NCBI RefSeq assembly: GCF_024502345.1
Contig: NZ_JALDNN010000001.1
Direction: 5' to 3' (one strand)
From: Escherichia coli
GTDB taxonomy: Bacteria; Pseudomonadota; Gammaproteobacteria; Enterobacterales; Enterobacteriaceae
Length of the DNA stretch: 64,000 nucleotides
Below, one piece after another: positions 10,865-20,397 of the stretch (position 1 is its first letter; the number at the start of each line of letters is the position of its first letter). A model generated the notes under the pieces. That model made no database searches, was not told the DNA's origin, and was given only the letters and a program-made list of their open reading frames with translations. The translations under genes and the position numbers were made by a program.

Positions 10865-11830
10865 CTACAAATCCAACACCAGGCGTTTACCCTTCGCACG
10901 CGAACAACAGATCAACATACTTTGCTGGCTGGCACGCTCTTCATCGCTAAAATACTGATCCCGATGGTCAGCTTCACCTTCCAGTATTGCCGTTTCGCAG
11001 GTTCCGCATACCCCTTCACGACATAAACATTCCACTTTCGCGGCTTTATTATTTTCAATAACCTGCAAAATAGTCATCTCTTCCGGCACCACAAACTCTT
11101 TTCCGGAACGGGCAAGCACCAGGGTAAATGCATCGCCGGTTTTGTCTTCGATAGCAAATTGCTCAAAGTGCAGCGTATCGGCGGCGATGTCCAGACGCGT
11201 AGCTTCACTTCTTACCGCTTCAATTAGCGCCTCGGGGCCACAGGTATAAACGTGTGTGCCAGGTTCGATATCCGCCAATAATCGCGCTAATTCCAGTCGT
11301 GTTCCGGTTGATGAATGATGCAAATGGACTTTCTCAGCCTGCGGATGCTGGACTAGCTCATCACGAAATGCGCAACTTTCTGGATTTCGCGAGCAGTAAT
11401 GTAGCTGCCAGTCGACGTCGCTGTGTTGCAACTCTGCCATGTGCGACAGGAAAGGGGTGATACCAATACCGCCCGCGATAAACAGATGCTTTCTGGCTGA
11501 GGGAATTAGCGCAAACAGGTTATTAGGCGTTGAGATCGTTAACCGATCGCCCACTTTTACCTGCTGATGCAAAAAGCGGGAACCGCCGCGCGAGTTTTCT
11601 TCCAGTCGAACGGCAATCTGATAATGAGTTGTATCGAGAGGCGAACTCAGCAGTGAATACGCATTGCTGTACTGGTTATCACCATCGCTCATCTGCACAA
11701 TGACGTGACTTCCTCCAGTAAACGCAGGTAATGGTTTGCCATCGGTTGCCACCAGCGTGAAGCGTTTCACCTGTTCGGTAAGGGGTTCCACCTGACTCAC
11801 CTGTACTTCAAACATTTGATAGTCTGACAT
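10865..11830 (-). CDS. yeaX: carnitine monooxygenase reductase subunit (ferredoxin-NAD(P) reductase with 2Fe-2S domain)
   Basis: 321-aa ORF; C-terminal CxxGxCxxC ferredoxin motif (CREGVCGTC). Confidence 0.88.
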   Translation of the reverse strand: MSDYQMFEVQVSQVEPLTEQVKRFTLVATDGKPLPAFTGGSHVIVQMSDGDNQYSNAYSLLSSPLDTTHYQIAVRLEENSRGGSRFLHQQVKVGDRLTISTPNNLFALIPSARKHLFIAGGIGITPFLSHMAELQHSDVDWQLHYCSRNPESCAFRDELVQHPQAEKVHLHHSSTGTRLELARLLADIEPGTHVYTCGPEALIEAVRSEATRLDIAADTLHFEQFAIEDKTGDAFTLVLARSGKEFVVPEEMTILQVIENNKAAKVECLCREGVCGTCETAILEGEADHRDQYFSDEERASQQSMLICCSRAKGKRLVLDL

Positions 11831-11885
11831 TGCTGTACTCCATCAAAAATCAGCCCAGCGGCGGAAAATACCGCCGCCGATGTCA

Positions 11886-12095
11886 TTAGTCCTTAAATAC
11901 CTGCGCCAGCAGATTATGGAAATGGGCGATACCATGTTCGGAAATGCCGCTACCGCTACTGTCGGCCATGATGCGCCCCTGACCACGATAGCCACGCGAT
12001 TTCAGCCCTTTCTGTACGCTTTCAACCAGACGTAAATCTTCCGGACGGAACACATCGCGATACCACTCAATCAGCGATTTTTGCTCGTCGGTTAA
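11886..12095 (-). pseudogene. yeaW: 3-prime remnant of carnitine monooxygenase oxygenase subunit; N-terminal Rieske and catalytic domains absent
   Basis: 73-aa ORF ends 56 bp upstream of yeaX and its 5-prime end overlaps the dmlR start region; tail LTDEQKSLIEWYRDVFRPEDLRLVESVQKGLKSRGYRGQGRIMADSSGSGISEHGIAHFHNLLAQVFKD matches my recollection of the YeaW C-terminus. Confidence 0.6.
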
Positions 12096-12119
12096 CTGGT
12101 GAAACATAAAACACGAATC

Positions 12120-13043
12120 ATGAATAATTTACCGCTGCTGAATGATTTGCGCGTCTTTATGCTGGTGGCTCGCCGGGCTGGTTTTGCCGCCGTGGCGGAA
12201 GAACTGGGCGTTTCACCGGCGTTCGTCAGCAAGCGCATCGCCTTGCTGGAGCAAACGCTAAACGTGGTGTTGTTACACCGCACCACCCGCCGCGTCACCA
12301 TTACCGAAGAAGGAGAGCGGATTTATGAATGGGCGCAGCGGATTTTGCAGGATGTCGGTCAGATGATGGACGAACTTTCTGACGTGCGTCAGGTGCCACA
12401 GGGGATGCTGCGTATTATCAGCAGCTTTGGTTTTGGACGACAGGTGGTGGCTCCGGCGTTATCAGCGCTGGCGAAGGCGTATCCGCAACTGGAATTACGT
12501 TTTGATGTGGAAGACCGGCTGGTCGATTTGGTCAATGAAGGTGTCGATCTCGATATTCGCATTGGCGATGACATTGCCCCTAATTTAATCGCCCGCAAAC
12601 TGGCGACCAATTACCGCATTCTCTGCGCGTCGCCGGAATTTATTGCGCAACATGGCGCGCCGAAACATTTAACCGATCTTTCTGCATTGCCGTGCCTGGT
12701 CATTAAAGAGCGCGATCATCCTTTTGGTGTCTGGCAATTACGCAATAAAGAAGGCCACCATGCGATTAAAGTCACCGGCCCACTGTCGTCTAATCATGGA
12801 GAAATTGTCCATCAGTGGTGTCTCGATGGGCAGGGGATTGCTCTGCGTTCCTGGTGGGATGTTAGCGAAAACATTGCCAGTGGTCATTTAGTGCAAGTGC
12901 TACCGGAATATTACCAGCCAGCGAACGTCTGGGCCGTTTATGTTTCAAGGCTGGCGACGTCAGCGAAAGTGCGGATAACGGTAGAATTTTTACGCCAGTA
13001 TTTTGCCGAGCACTACCCGAATTTTTCACTGGAACATGCCTGA
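12120..13043 (+). CDS. dmlR: LysR-type transcriptional regulator (D-malate regulon)
   Basis: 307 aa from ATG at 12120 (MNNLPLLNDLRVFMLVARRAGFAAVAEELGVSPAFVSKR...). Confidence 0.85.
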   Translation: MNNLPLLNDLRVFMLVARRAGFAAVAEELGVSPAFVSKRIALLEQTLNVVLLHRTTRRVTITEEGERIYEWAQRILQDVGQMMDELSDVRQVPQGMLRIISSFGFGRQVVAPALSALAKAYPQLELRFDVEDRLVDLVNEGVDLDIRIGDDIAPNLIARKLATNYRILCASPEFIAQHGAPKHLTDLSALPCLVIKERDHPFGVWQLRNKEGHHAIKVTGPLSSNHGEIVHQWCLDGQGIALRSWWDVSENIASGHLVQVLPEYYQPANVWAVYVSRLATSAKVRITVEFLRQYFAEHYPNFSLEHA

Positions 13044-13100
13044 TTCATGATTCAATTATCGGGTTGATATCAGATTAAAACCTGATTTTCACCTTTCTAA

Positions 13101-13808
<708 letters not shown>

Positions 13809-13891
13809 TGCTTTCAGCCCGCGTTGTCGCGGGCTTCCCATCTATAATCCTCCCTGATTCTTCTCTGATATGGTGCTAAAAAGTAACCAAT

Positions 13892-13913
13892 AAATGGTAT
13901 TTAAAATGCAAAT
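13892..13913 (+). promoter_or_regulatory. putative NsrR operator in yeaR promoter
   Basis: aaatggtatttaaaatgcaaatt resembles NsrR consensus AANATGCATTTNAAATGCATNTT. Confidence 0.4.
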
Positions 13914-13980
13914 TATCAGGCGTACCCTGAAACGGCTGGAATAAACCGTTTTCAGCGCATTCACCGAAGGAGGGAAAAGG

Positions 13981-14340
13981 ATGCTGCAAATCCCACAGAA
14001 TTATATTCATACGCGCTCAACACCTTTCTGGAATAAACAAACTGCGCCTGCCGGAATATTCGAACGTCATCTTGATAAAGGAACGCGCCCGGGGGTTTAC
14101 CCACGCCTTTCCGTTATGCATGGGGCGGTCAAATATCTCGGCTACGCTGATGAACACAGTGCAGAGCCTGATCAGGTGATCCTTATCGAAGCGGGGCAGT
14201 TTGCGGTGTTCCCTCCAGAAAAGTGGCACAACATTGAAGCCATGACTGACGATACTTATTTCAACATTGACTTCTTCGTGGCTCCTGAAGTCCTGATGGA
14301 AGGTGCGCAACAACGGAAAGTCATTCATAACGGGAAATGA
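13981..14340 (+). CDS. yeaR: DUF1971 protein
   Basis: 119-aa ORF. Confidence 0.85.
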   Translation: MLQIPQNYIHTRSTPFWNKQTAPAGIFERHLDKGTRPGVYPRLSVMHGAVKYLGYADEHSAEPDQVILIEAGQFAVFPPEKWHNIEAMTDDTYFNIDFFVAPEVLMEGAQQRKVIHNGK

Positions 14341-14343
14341 ATC

Positions 14344-14526
14344 ATGGGTAAAGCAACGTATACCGTGACCGTCACCAATAACAGCAATGGCGTTTCTGTC
14401 GATTATGAAACAGAGACGCCGATGACTTTGCTGGTGCCAGAAGTGGCGGCTGAAGTGATAAAAGATCTGGTGAATACCGTGCGTTCTTATGACACGGAAA
14501 ACGAACATGATGTTTGTGGTTGGTAA
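14344..14526 (+). CDS. yoaG: DUF1869 small protein, 60 aa
   Basis: ORF 3 bp downstream of yeaR, implying co-transcription. Confidence 0.8.
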   Translation: MGKATYTVTVTNNSNGVSVDYETETPMTLLVPEVAAEVIKDLVNTVRSYDTENEHDVCGW

Positions 14527-14673
14527 TTATCACTGATCGTTGATGGCGTAATTTCTGCGCCATCGCAAAAAAATCCTCCGTGATGCTCGTCACAAATCTT
14601 GCCCTCCCGATGTTGTGCTATGCTTTTTATCAGCGACTAACCCGCTAATGCAAAACAGATAAGTGAGGAAACA

Positions 14674-14922
14674 ATGGGCATTCTGTCATGGATTATTTTT
14701 GGGCTTATTGCCGGTATTCTGGCGAAGTGGATCATGCCAGGTAAAGATGGTGGTGGATTCTTTATGACTATCCTGCTGGGGATAGTCGGTGCCGTAGTCG
14801 GCGGTTGGATCAGCACGCTGTTTGGCTTTGGTAAAGTCGATGGCTTCAATTTTGGCAGCTTCGTGGTTGCCGTTATTGGTGCGATTGTCGTGCTATTTAT
14901 CTACAGGAAGATTAAAAGTTAA
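14674..14922 (+). CDS. yeaQ: GlsB/YeaQ/YmgE family small membrane protein
   Basis: 82-aa glycine-rich hydrophobic ORF. Confidence 0.88.
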   Translation: MGILSWIIFGLIAGILAKWIMPGKDGGGFFMTILLGIVGAVVGGWISTLFGFGKVDGFNFGSFVVAVIGAIVVLFIYRKIKS

Positions 14923-14935
14923 CGCTTAAATTGCA

Positions 14936-14970
14936 CAAAGGCTGCACACAGGCAGCCTTTGCTATTTTTT
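14936..14970 (+). terminator. rho-independent terminator after yeaQ
   Basis: caaaggctgc / gcagcctttg stem followed by T-run. Confidence 0.7.
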
Positions 14971-14980
14971 AGAGGTGACG

Positions 14981-15055
14981 TTACCACCATCCCAGCTCAG
15001 TGCCGAGTACGACAATAATCGCCACACCCATCATAATAATCGTTGTTTTTTTCAT
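14981..15055 (-). CDS. yoaJ: 24-aa small membrane protein
   Basis: Read by eye: MKKTTIIMMGVAIIVVLGTELGWW; GGAG 7 nt upstream of ATG. Confidence 0.7.
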   Translation of the reverse strand: MKKTTIIMMGVAIIVVLGTELGWW

Positions 15056-15057
15056 CT

Positions 15058-15156
15058 TTATGCTCCCGGGGCAGCATAGCCGCCAATAAAAAACCATGCT
15101 AAAAATACGACCGCTGTAATGAAGATTACAACCGGAAAAATAATACCGATTCGCAT
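15058..15156 (-). CDS. yoaK: 32-aa small membrane protein
   Basis: Read by eye: MRIGIIFPVVIFITAVVFLAWFFIGGYAAPGA; immediately downstream of dgcP. Confidence 0.65.
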   Translation of the reverse strand: MRIGIIFPVVIFITAVVFLAWFFIGGYAAPGA

Positions 15157-15188
15157 GTTATCACCAATCAAAAGGATGTGAATACGCC

Positions 15189-16214
15189 TCAGGAATGTAG
15201 CGCTGGATGCGCGACAAAAGGTGTTTTCTGTTTGTGTTTTTTCTCCTGATACATCGCGATATCGGCAGCATGCAGGGCACTGTCTGCATCGGTCGTTTCA
15301 GGATCGACTTCTACTATGCCAAGACTGGCACCGGGATAATACAAATCAACATCACCTAAGTGATATTCTCCACGTATTTGCTGTTGAATACGTTCTCGCA
15401 GCGACGAAATATCCGCATTCTCGTTGTTTAGTGAAACAACCAAAAACTCATCACCACCGAGACGACCAATAACTTCGCCATTTTGCTGGAGCGTATTAAG
15501 GCGCTCGCCAACCTGAATGAGAAACAGATCGCCACTATTATGACCAAAACGATCATTGATTAATTTGAAGTTATCCAGATCGATAAACGCGATCATTATC
15601 TTATGGTTAAGATGCCGGGCGAGGGAAAACAGTGTTGTCAGATTTTCAAAAATCGCCCGCCGATTCGGTAGCCCGGTTAACGAGTCGGTATACGATTGCG
15701 CAATCAGCGCGGCATTGGCTTCGCGCAGCTGTTCAACCAACGCCTCTTTTTGAATATATTGTGCAATCAGTCCGGCGAATAACTGTAAAACCTGTTCCGC
15801 GCGTTCACTCCACTGGCGCTTCTCACTGCTGGCGGCGCAAAGCGTGCCATAGAATGATCCATCCGGTAAGTGAATTGGCGTGCTCAGAAATGTGGTGATG
15901 CCAAGATTGCGTGCCGCAATACAGTCGCCCCAACGGTCAGGGACTTCATCGCTGAAAAAGCAGTTTTCATCAATGGCGCGTTTGCATAACGAGTAATCCC
16001 ACGAGACGGTAAAATTCTCCGGGATGTGCATTTTCTGGCTGTTACGGGCAAACATAATATGCTGCAGGCGCGCTTCGACATCCACTTTGGTCAGGTAGGT
16101 TGATTCCATATCAGTGACCATTTCCAGCATCTCCAGAAGCTGTCGGACCAGACTTTCCAGTGACTGTTCTTTGGCAAGGGATTGCGAGACGCGGGCGATA
16201 ATCTGATCTGACAC
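15189..16214 (-). CDS. dgcP: diguanylate cyclase, GAF-GGDEF
   Basis: 341 aa from GTG at 16214 (GGAG upstream); intact GGDEF at 15445..15459. Confidence 0.88.
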   Translation of the reverse strand: MSDQIIARVSQSLAKEQSLESLVRQLLEMLEMVTDMESTYLTKVDVEARLQHIMFARNSQKMHIPENFTVSWDYSLCKRAIDENCFFSDEVPDRWGDCIAARNLGITTFLSTPIHLPDGSFYGTLCAASSEKRQWSERAEQVLQLFAGLIAQYIQKEALVEQLREANAALIAQSYTDSLTGLPNRRAIFENLTTLFSLARHLNHKIMIAFIDLDNFKLINDRFGHNSGDLFLIQVGERLNTLQQNGEVIGRLGGDEFLVVSLNNENADISSLRERIQQQIRGEYHLGDVDLYYPGASLGIVEVDPETTDADSALHAADIAMYQEKKHKQKTPFVAHPALHS

Positions 16215-16396
16215 GAAACAACTCCAGGATACGGCGGGTAAATGCTGATTATTTAATCTTTGCAGGCATGATAAAACATCACCAACAAAGATGAAACAAG
16301 ACGTAATATGTTTTGAGTGAATGTAATAAAAATAGTGCTGCAAAACAAAACGATACCGCGATACTCTAAGCGTAGATAAATGAGTGAGATCAATAA

Positions 16397-16651
16397 ATGA
16401 AAATTATCAGTTTTGCTTTGCCTTGCTTGCTGGTCCTGGCTGGTTGTTCAACCTCTTCTCAGCCAGAAGCACCTAAACCGCCGCAGATTGGTATGGCAAA
16501 TCCGGCGTCGGTCTATTGCCAGCAGAAGGGCGGGACGCTCATTCCAGTGTCGACAGCGCAAGGGGTCAGCAACAATTGCAAATTACCGGGCGGTGAAACG
16601 ATTGATGAATGGGCATTGTGGCGACGGGACCATCCGGCTGGTGAAAAATAA
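16397..16651 (+). CDS. yoaF: DUF333 lipoprotein
   Basis: 84-aa ORF with lipobox LAGC. Confidence 0.8.
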   Translation: MKIISFALPCLLVLAGCSTSSQPEAPKPPQIGMANPASVYCQQKGGTLIPVSTAQGVSNNCKLPGGETIDEWALWRRDHPAGEK

Positions 16652-16672
16652 CCGCCGGATGCTGTACTAAAA

Positions 16673-17020
16673 TCACAAGCTACGTAGCCAGTCGGCCAGC
16701 ACCAGCGCATGGTTCTGCGTGGTGTTTTTTGCTGCGTAGAGCAGGGTCAGCGGCTGTTTTTTGGCGATGTCCGCCAGCCGCTTTCCTTCTTGCTCGTGTT
16801 GCGCCAGTTCTGCAAGATATTGCTCGCGAAAGGTTGCAAAATCGACGACTTCGCCGTGAAAGGCTTTGCGCAGTTCCGTTGACGGCGTGATTTCTTTATC
16901 CCACTCATCAAGGGCTAAATCGGTTTTTTTGATACCGCGCGGCCAGAGGCGGTCGACCAGTAGGCGATAACCATCGCTCTGTTCAGCCGGATCATAAACG
17001 CGTTTGCACTGAATATTCAT
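16673..17020 (-). CDS. yeaO: DUF488 protein
   Basis: 115 aa from internal ATG (MNIQCKRVYDP...). Confidence 0.85.
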   Translation of the reverse strand: MNIQCKRVYDPAEQSDGYRLLVDRLWPRGIKKTDLALDEWDKEITPSTELRKAFHGEVVDFATFREQYLAELAQHEQEGKRLADIAKKQPLTLLYAAKNTTQNHALVLADWLRSL

Positions 17021-17074
17021 CGTGTTTGTTCTCCCTTTCACGCATGATTTGTCACGTCACTATAGCACCGGATA

Positions 17075-18256
17075 TTAGCGAATTTCTTTGTCTCTCCCGG
17101 CGCAAAGTCCGAAAATCGCCATCAGTAGTGAAAGTATTGCAACACCCATCAGTGGTACGGACCAGTCACCGTTAGCATCGTGTATTTTACCCATCAGCGG
17201 CGGCCCACAGGCTGCCAGCAAATACCCGACGGATTGTGCCATCCCCGAGAGTGCCGCCGCCTGATGCGCAGAACTTGCCCGAAGACCAATGAACGTCAAC
17301 CCCAGTATCATTGTTGCGCCGGAACCAAAACCGAAAAGCAGAGTCCAGGTGATCGCGTGCGCTGGCATAAAGCAGAGCCCAACAGCGCCCACTGCGCACA
17401 TCAAGGCAACGAACGCTGCAATACCACGCTGATCTTTCACATGATGTAAGAAAAGAGGGATCAGCAAACCGGGAGCTGCTGTGGCTAGTTGCAGCAAACC
17501 ATGCAGTGAACCCGCCTGTGCTTCGCTATAGCCGTGACTGATGAGGATCGCCGGAAGCCAGCCAATAATCACGTAATAGACCAGTGAGTTGATCCCAAGA
17601 AACAATGTGACCTGCCAGGCAAGCGGCGAACGCCAGATACCCCGAGTATGTAAGGCGCGCGAGGTACTCAAATTTGCATGTTGTTGGCTTCGCCACTGTG
17701 GCAGCCATAAAAAAAGAGACAGCAGAGGAAAACACATCAGCATGAACAACGCGCCTTGCCAGCCAAAACCGTTCAAAGCCAGCGGCACGACCATAGCCGA
17801 TCCCAGTGCCGCTGCAGCTCCCATTGTCAGGGAATATGCGCCGGTAAGTCTGGCGACGGAATGAGGGAAATCGCGTTTAATTAATCCTGGCAGTAAGACA
17901 TTGCCTAATGCAATCCCACCGCCAATGACCGCTGTACCGCCAAATAATAAGTAAGGCGAAGGGAGAGAACGAATTGCGATACCTGCACAGATCAAAAGTA
18001 ACGCGGCAAACAGGCTACGTTCCATACCAAAACGTCGCGCCACCGGGGCAGCCAAAGGTGAGATTAGCGCAAAGGCCAATAATGGCAGGGTGGTTAATAA
18101 GCCGGTTTGCGCTGTCGTCAGCGAGTAAGCGGAACGAATCGTATCCAGTAACGGCGCTGCGCCGGTAAAGGTGACGCGTAATGTTGTGGCAATCATCAGA
18201 ATGCCAGCGATAAGGACAATCCTGTTTTTGCCGCTTAATGAAGTTGAACAGGTCAT
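17075..18256 (-). CDS. yeaN: MFS transporter
   Basis: 393-aa multi-TM ORF. Confidence 0.88.
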   Translation of the reverse strand: MTCSTSLSGKNRIVLIAGILMIATTLRVTFTGAAPLLDTIRSAYSLTTAQTGLLTTLPLLAFALISPLAAPVARRFGMERSLFAALLLICAGIAIRSLPSPYLLFGGTAVIGGGIALGNVLLPGLIKRDFPHSVARLTGAYSLTMGAAAALGSAMVVPLALNGFGWQGALFMLMCFPLLSLFLWLPQWRSQQHANLSTSRALHTRGIWRSPLAWQVTLFLGINSLVYYVIIGWLPAILISHGYSEAQAGSLHGLLQLATAAPGLLIPLFLHHVKDQRGIAAFVALMCAVGAVGLCFMPAHAITWTLLFGFGSGATMILGLTFIGLRASSAHQAAALSGMAQSVGYLLAACGPPLMGKIHDANGDWSVPLMGVAILSLLMAIFGLCAGRDKEIR

Positions 18257-18352
18257 ATGCTTCTCATTGTTACAAACGAGGCTGTACCTTACCGTTTTTA
18301 TTGTTATGTTGAATCAAGCTAAAATGACAAATTATCGCTAAATTCGGACAAA

Positions 18353-19174
18353 ATGATGCACAGGTTGAATCTCAATGGCTATGAACCCGACCGACACCAT
18401 GAAGCCGCGGTCGCATTTTGTATTCACGCCGGAACGGATGAGTTAACCAGTCCTGTACATCAGCACCGCAAAGGACAGCTGATACTAGCATTACATGGTG
18501 CAATTACCTGTACGGTGGAAAATGCTTTGTGGATGGTGCCGCCGCAATATGCGGTTTGGATACCGGGCGGGGTGGAACATAGCAATCAAGTGACAGCTAA
18601 CGCTGAACTCTGTTTTCTGTTTATCGAACCCAGCGCAGTGACAATGCCGACAACCTGTTGCACATTGAAAATATCGCCCTTATGCCGGGAATTAATTTTA
18701 ACTCTGGCAAACAGGACGACGACTCAGCGTGCTGAGCCGATGACCCGCAGATTAATTCAGGTCCTGTTTGATGAACTCCCTCAGCAGCCACAACAACAGC
18801 TGCACCTACCCGTTTCTTCTCATCCTAAAATCCGCGCGATGGTGGAGATGATGGCGAAAGAGCCCGTCGAGTGGGGGTCATTGGGGCAATGGGCTGGCTT
18901 TTTTGCGATGAGTGAACGCAATCTTGCCCGACTGATAGTAAAAGAGACGGGGTTGAGTTTTCGCCAGTGGCGACAGCAGTTACAGCTGATTATGGCGCTT
19001 CAGGGATTAGTGAAAGGCGATACTGTACAGAAAGTTGCTCATACGCTGGGGTATGATTCAACAACGGCCTTTATTACTATGTTTAAGAAAGGCCTGGGGC
19101 AAACGCCAGGCCGATATATTGCGGGATTAACTACTGTTTCCCCACAATCAGCGAAACCAGACCCGCGGCAATAA
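18353..19174 (+). CDS. yeaM: AraC-family transcriptional regulator
   Basis: 273-aa ORF, C-terminal AraC HTH; divergent from yeaN. Confidence 0.85.
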
Positions 19175-19577
19175 GCGGGCCAACCGGTACGCCGCGAAAC
19201 AGCGCTACGCCTAAAACAGTGCCCACCAGCAGCCCAGCAACCAGTTGCGGCTGGCTGCCCATTAACGTCACGCCGCGCCCACCCAGCCAGGAGACAATAA
19301 CGCCTACTGCAATTGCCACCAGCGATTTCCAGTTCAGAAACGAGTGAATCAAGGTTGAGGGCGGTAGCGTCCCGCTGGCGATGGGGGCCATAACGCCAAT
19401 CGTCAGAATGATTATCCCGATACTTAGCCCCTGTTTTTCAATCCACGGGAAAAAGGTGCTTAACGGTGTGACGCGGACAATGATCAACACCAGAATTGAA
19501 ACGGCGACAGTGGTGTTATGACTGATAAAGCCCAGCGCAGCTAACCCGAGCAGGATCAGCAAAGTGACATCAAACAT
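19131..19577 (-). CDS. yeaL: DUF441 inner membrane protein
   Basis: 148-aa hydrophobic ORF. Confidence 0.85.
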
Positions 19578-19746
19578 CGTGGTTTCCTTGCCAAAAAATA
19601 ATAAGCCTGCTTACTTTACGCTTGCTGCAGGAAGGAAGTAGAAAATCTTTACGTTTTTTGCATAAAAAATCAGGCGAACTGTCATCAAACTGCCATTTGT
19701 GCACGCTAACAATAACGTGAAAACAGCTATCTCCCGGGGGCATACT

Positions 19747-19851
19747 ATGAACGATCAAATGTTCGTCGAGACACTGATTATCACGTCATCGTTTTTTGCC
19801 ATTGCGGTTGTGCTGGTTTTGTCCGTTCTGCTTATTGAACGGACAGGCTAG
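19747..19851 (+). CDS. yoaI: 34-aa small membrane protein
   Basis: Read by eye: [34 protein letters not shown]. Confidence 0.65.
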   Translation: MNDQMFVETLIITSSFFAIAVVLVLSVLLIERTG

Positions 19852-20355
19852 TTACGCTGTGCGGCGGAAATTGATCAGTTCTGGTTGCGCAATGCGCAAA
19901 TAATCCGCGGTTTTCAAAATAACGGATTTATCCAGCATCCCTGCATTGAAGGCGATTTCATCAAATCGTTCGAAGAGTAGAGGGTCGGCAACCAGTTTGA
20001 GTTTTGGATGGAAGCTGAAAGGGGGGATCGCGCCGAAGACACAGCCTGTGAGTTCATCGACTTCCGCCGGGCTGGCCAACGAAGCGCGTAATCCGCCTAT
20101 ATGGCTGGCGAGTTGGCTCAGATCGGCCTGTTGATCGGCTGCGAGGATCGCCAGAACATGTTGATTTACGCCATTGCCTTTGACTTTACATACCAGTGCC
20201 TTAGCACCCTGGCCTAGAGCGGTGCCACGAATTTCTGACACCGCTTCACATTTACCTACCGCTTCATGGGTAACGACGCGGAAATCAGCACCTTCTTGTG
20301 ATAATAAAGCGATTAACCGCTGATGCGTCACGCTTCCTTTAGCCATTTCAGTCAT
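19852..20355 (-). CDS. yeaK: YbaK/ProX-type aminoacyl-tRNA deacylase
   Basis: 167-aa ORF. Confidence 0.88.
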   Translation of the reverse strand: MTEMAKGSVTHQRLIALLSQEGADFRVVTHEAVGKCEAVSEIRGTALGQGAKALVCKVKGNGVNQHVLAILAADQQADLSQLASHIGGLRASLASPAEVDELTGCVFGAIPPFSFHPKLKLVADPLLFERFDEIAFNAGMLDKSVILKTADYLRIAQPELINFRRTA

Positions 20356-20397
20356 TTCACGCTCCTGAGATTACAAGCAAACAACCACAGAAGGTTA

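Noticed and set aside
12093-12098. GTTAAC (HpaI site) at the yeaW/dmlR junction as a possible engineering scar
   Set aside because: A single 6-bp site is expected by chance; no vector, FRT or lox sequence nearby. Cannot support an engineered origin.
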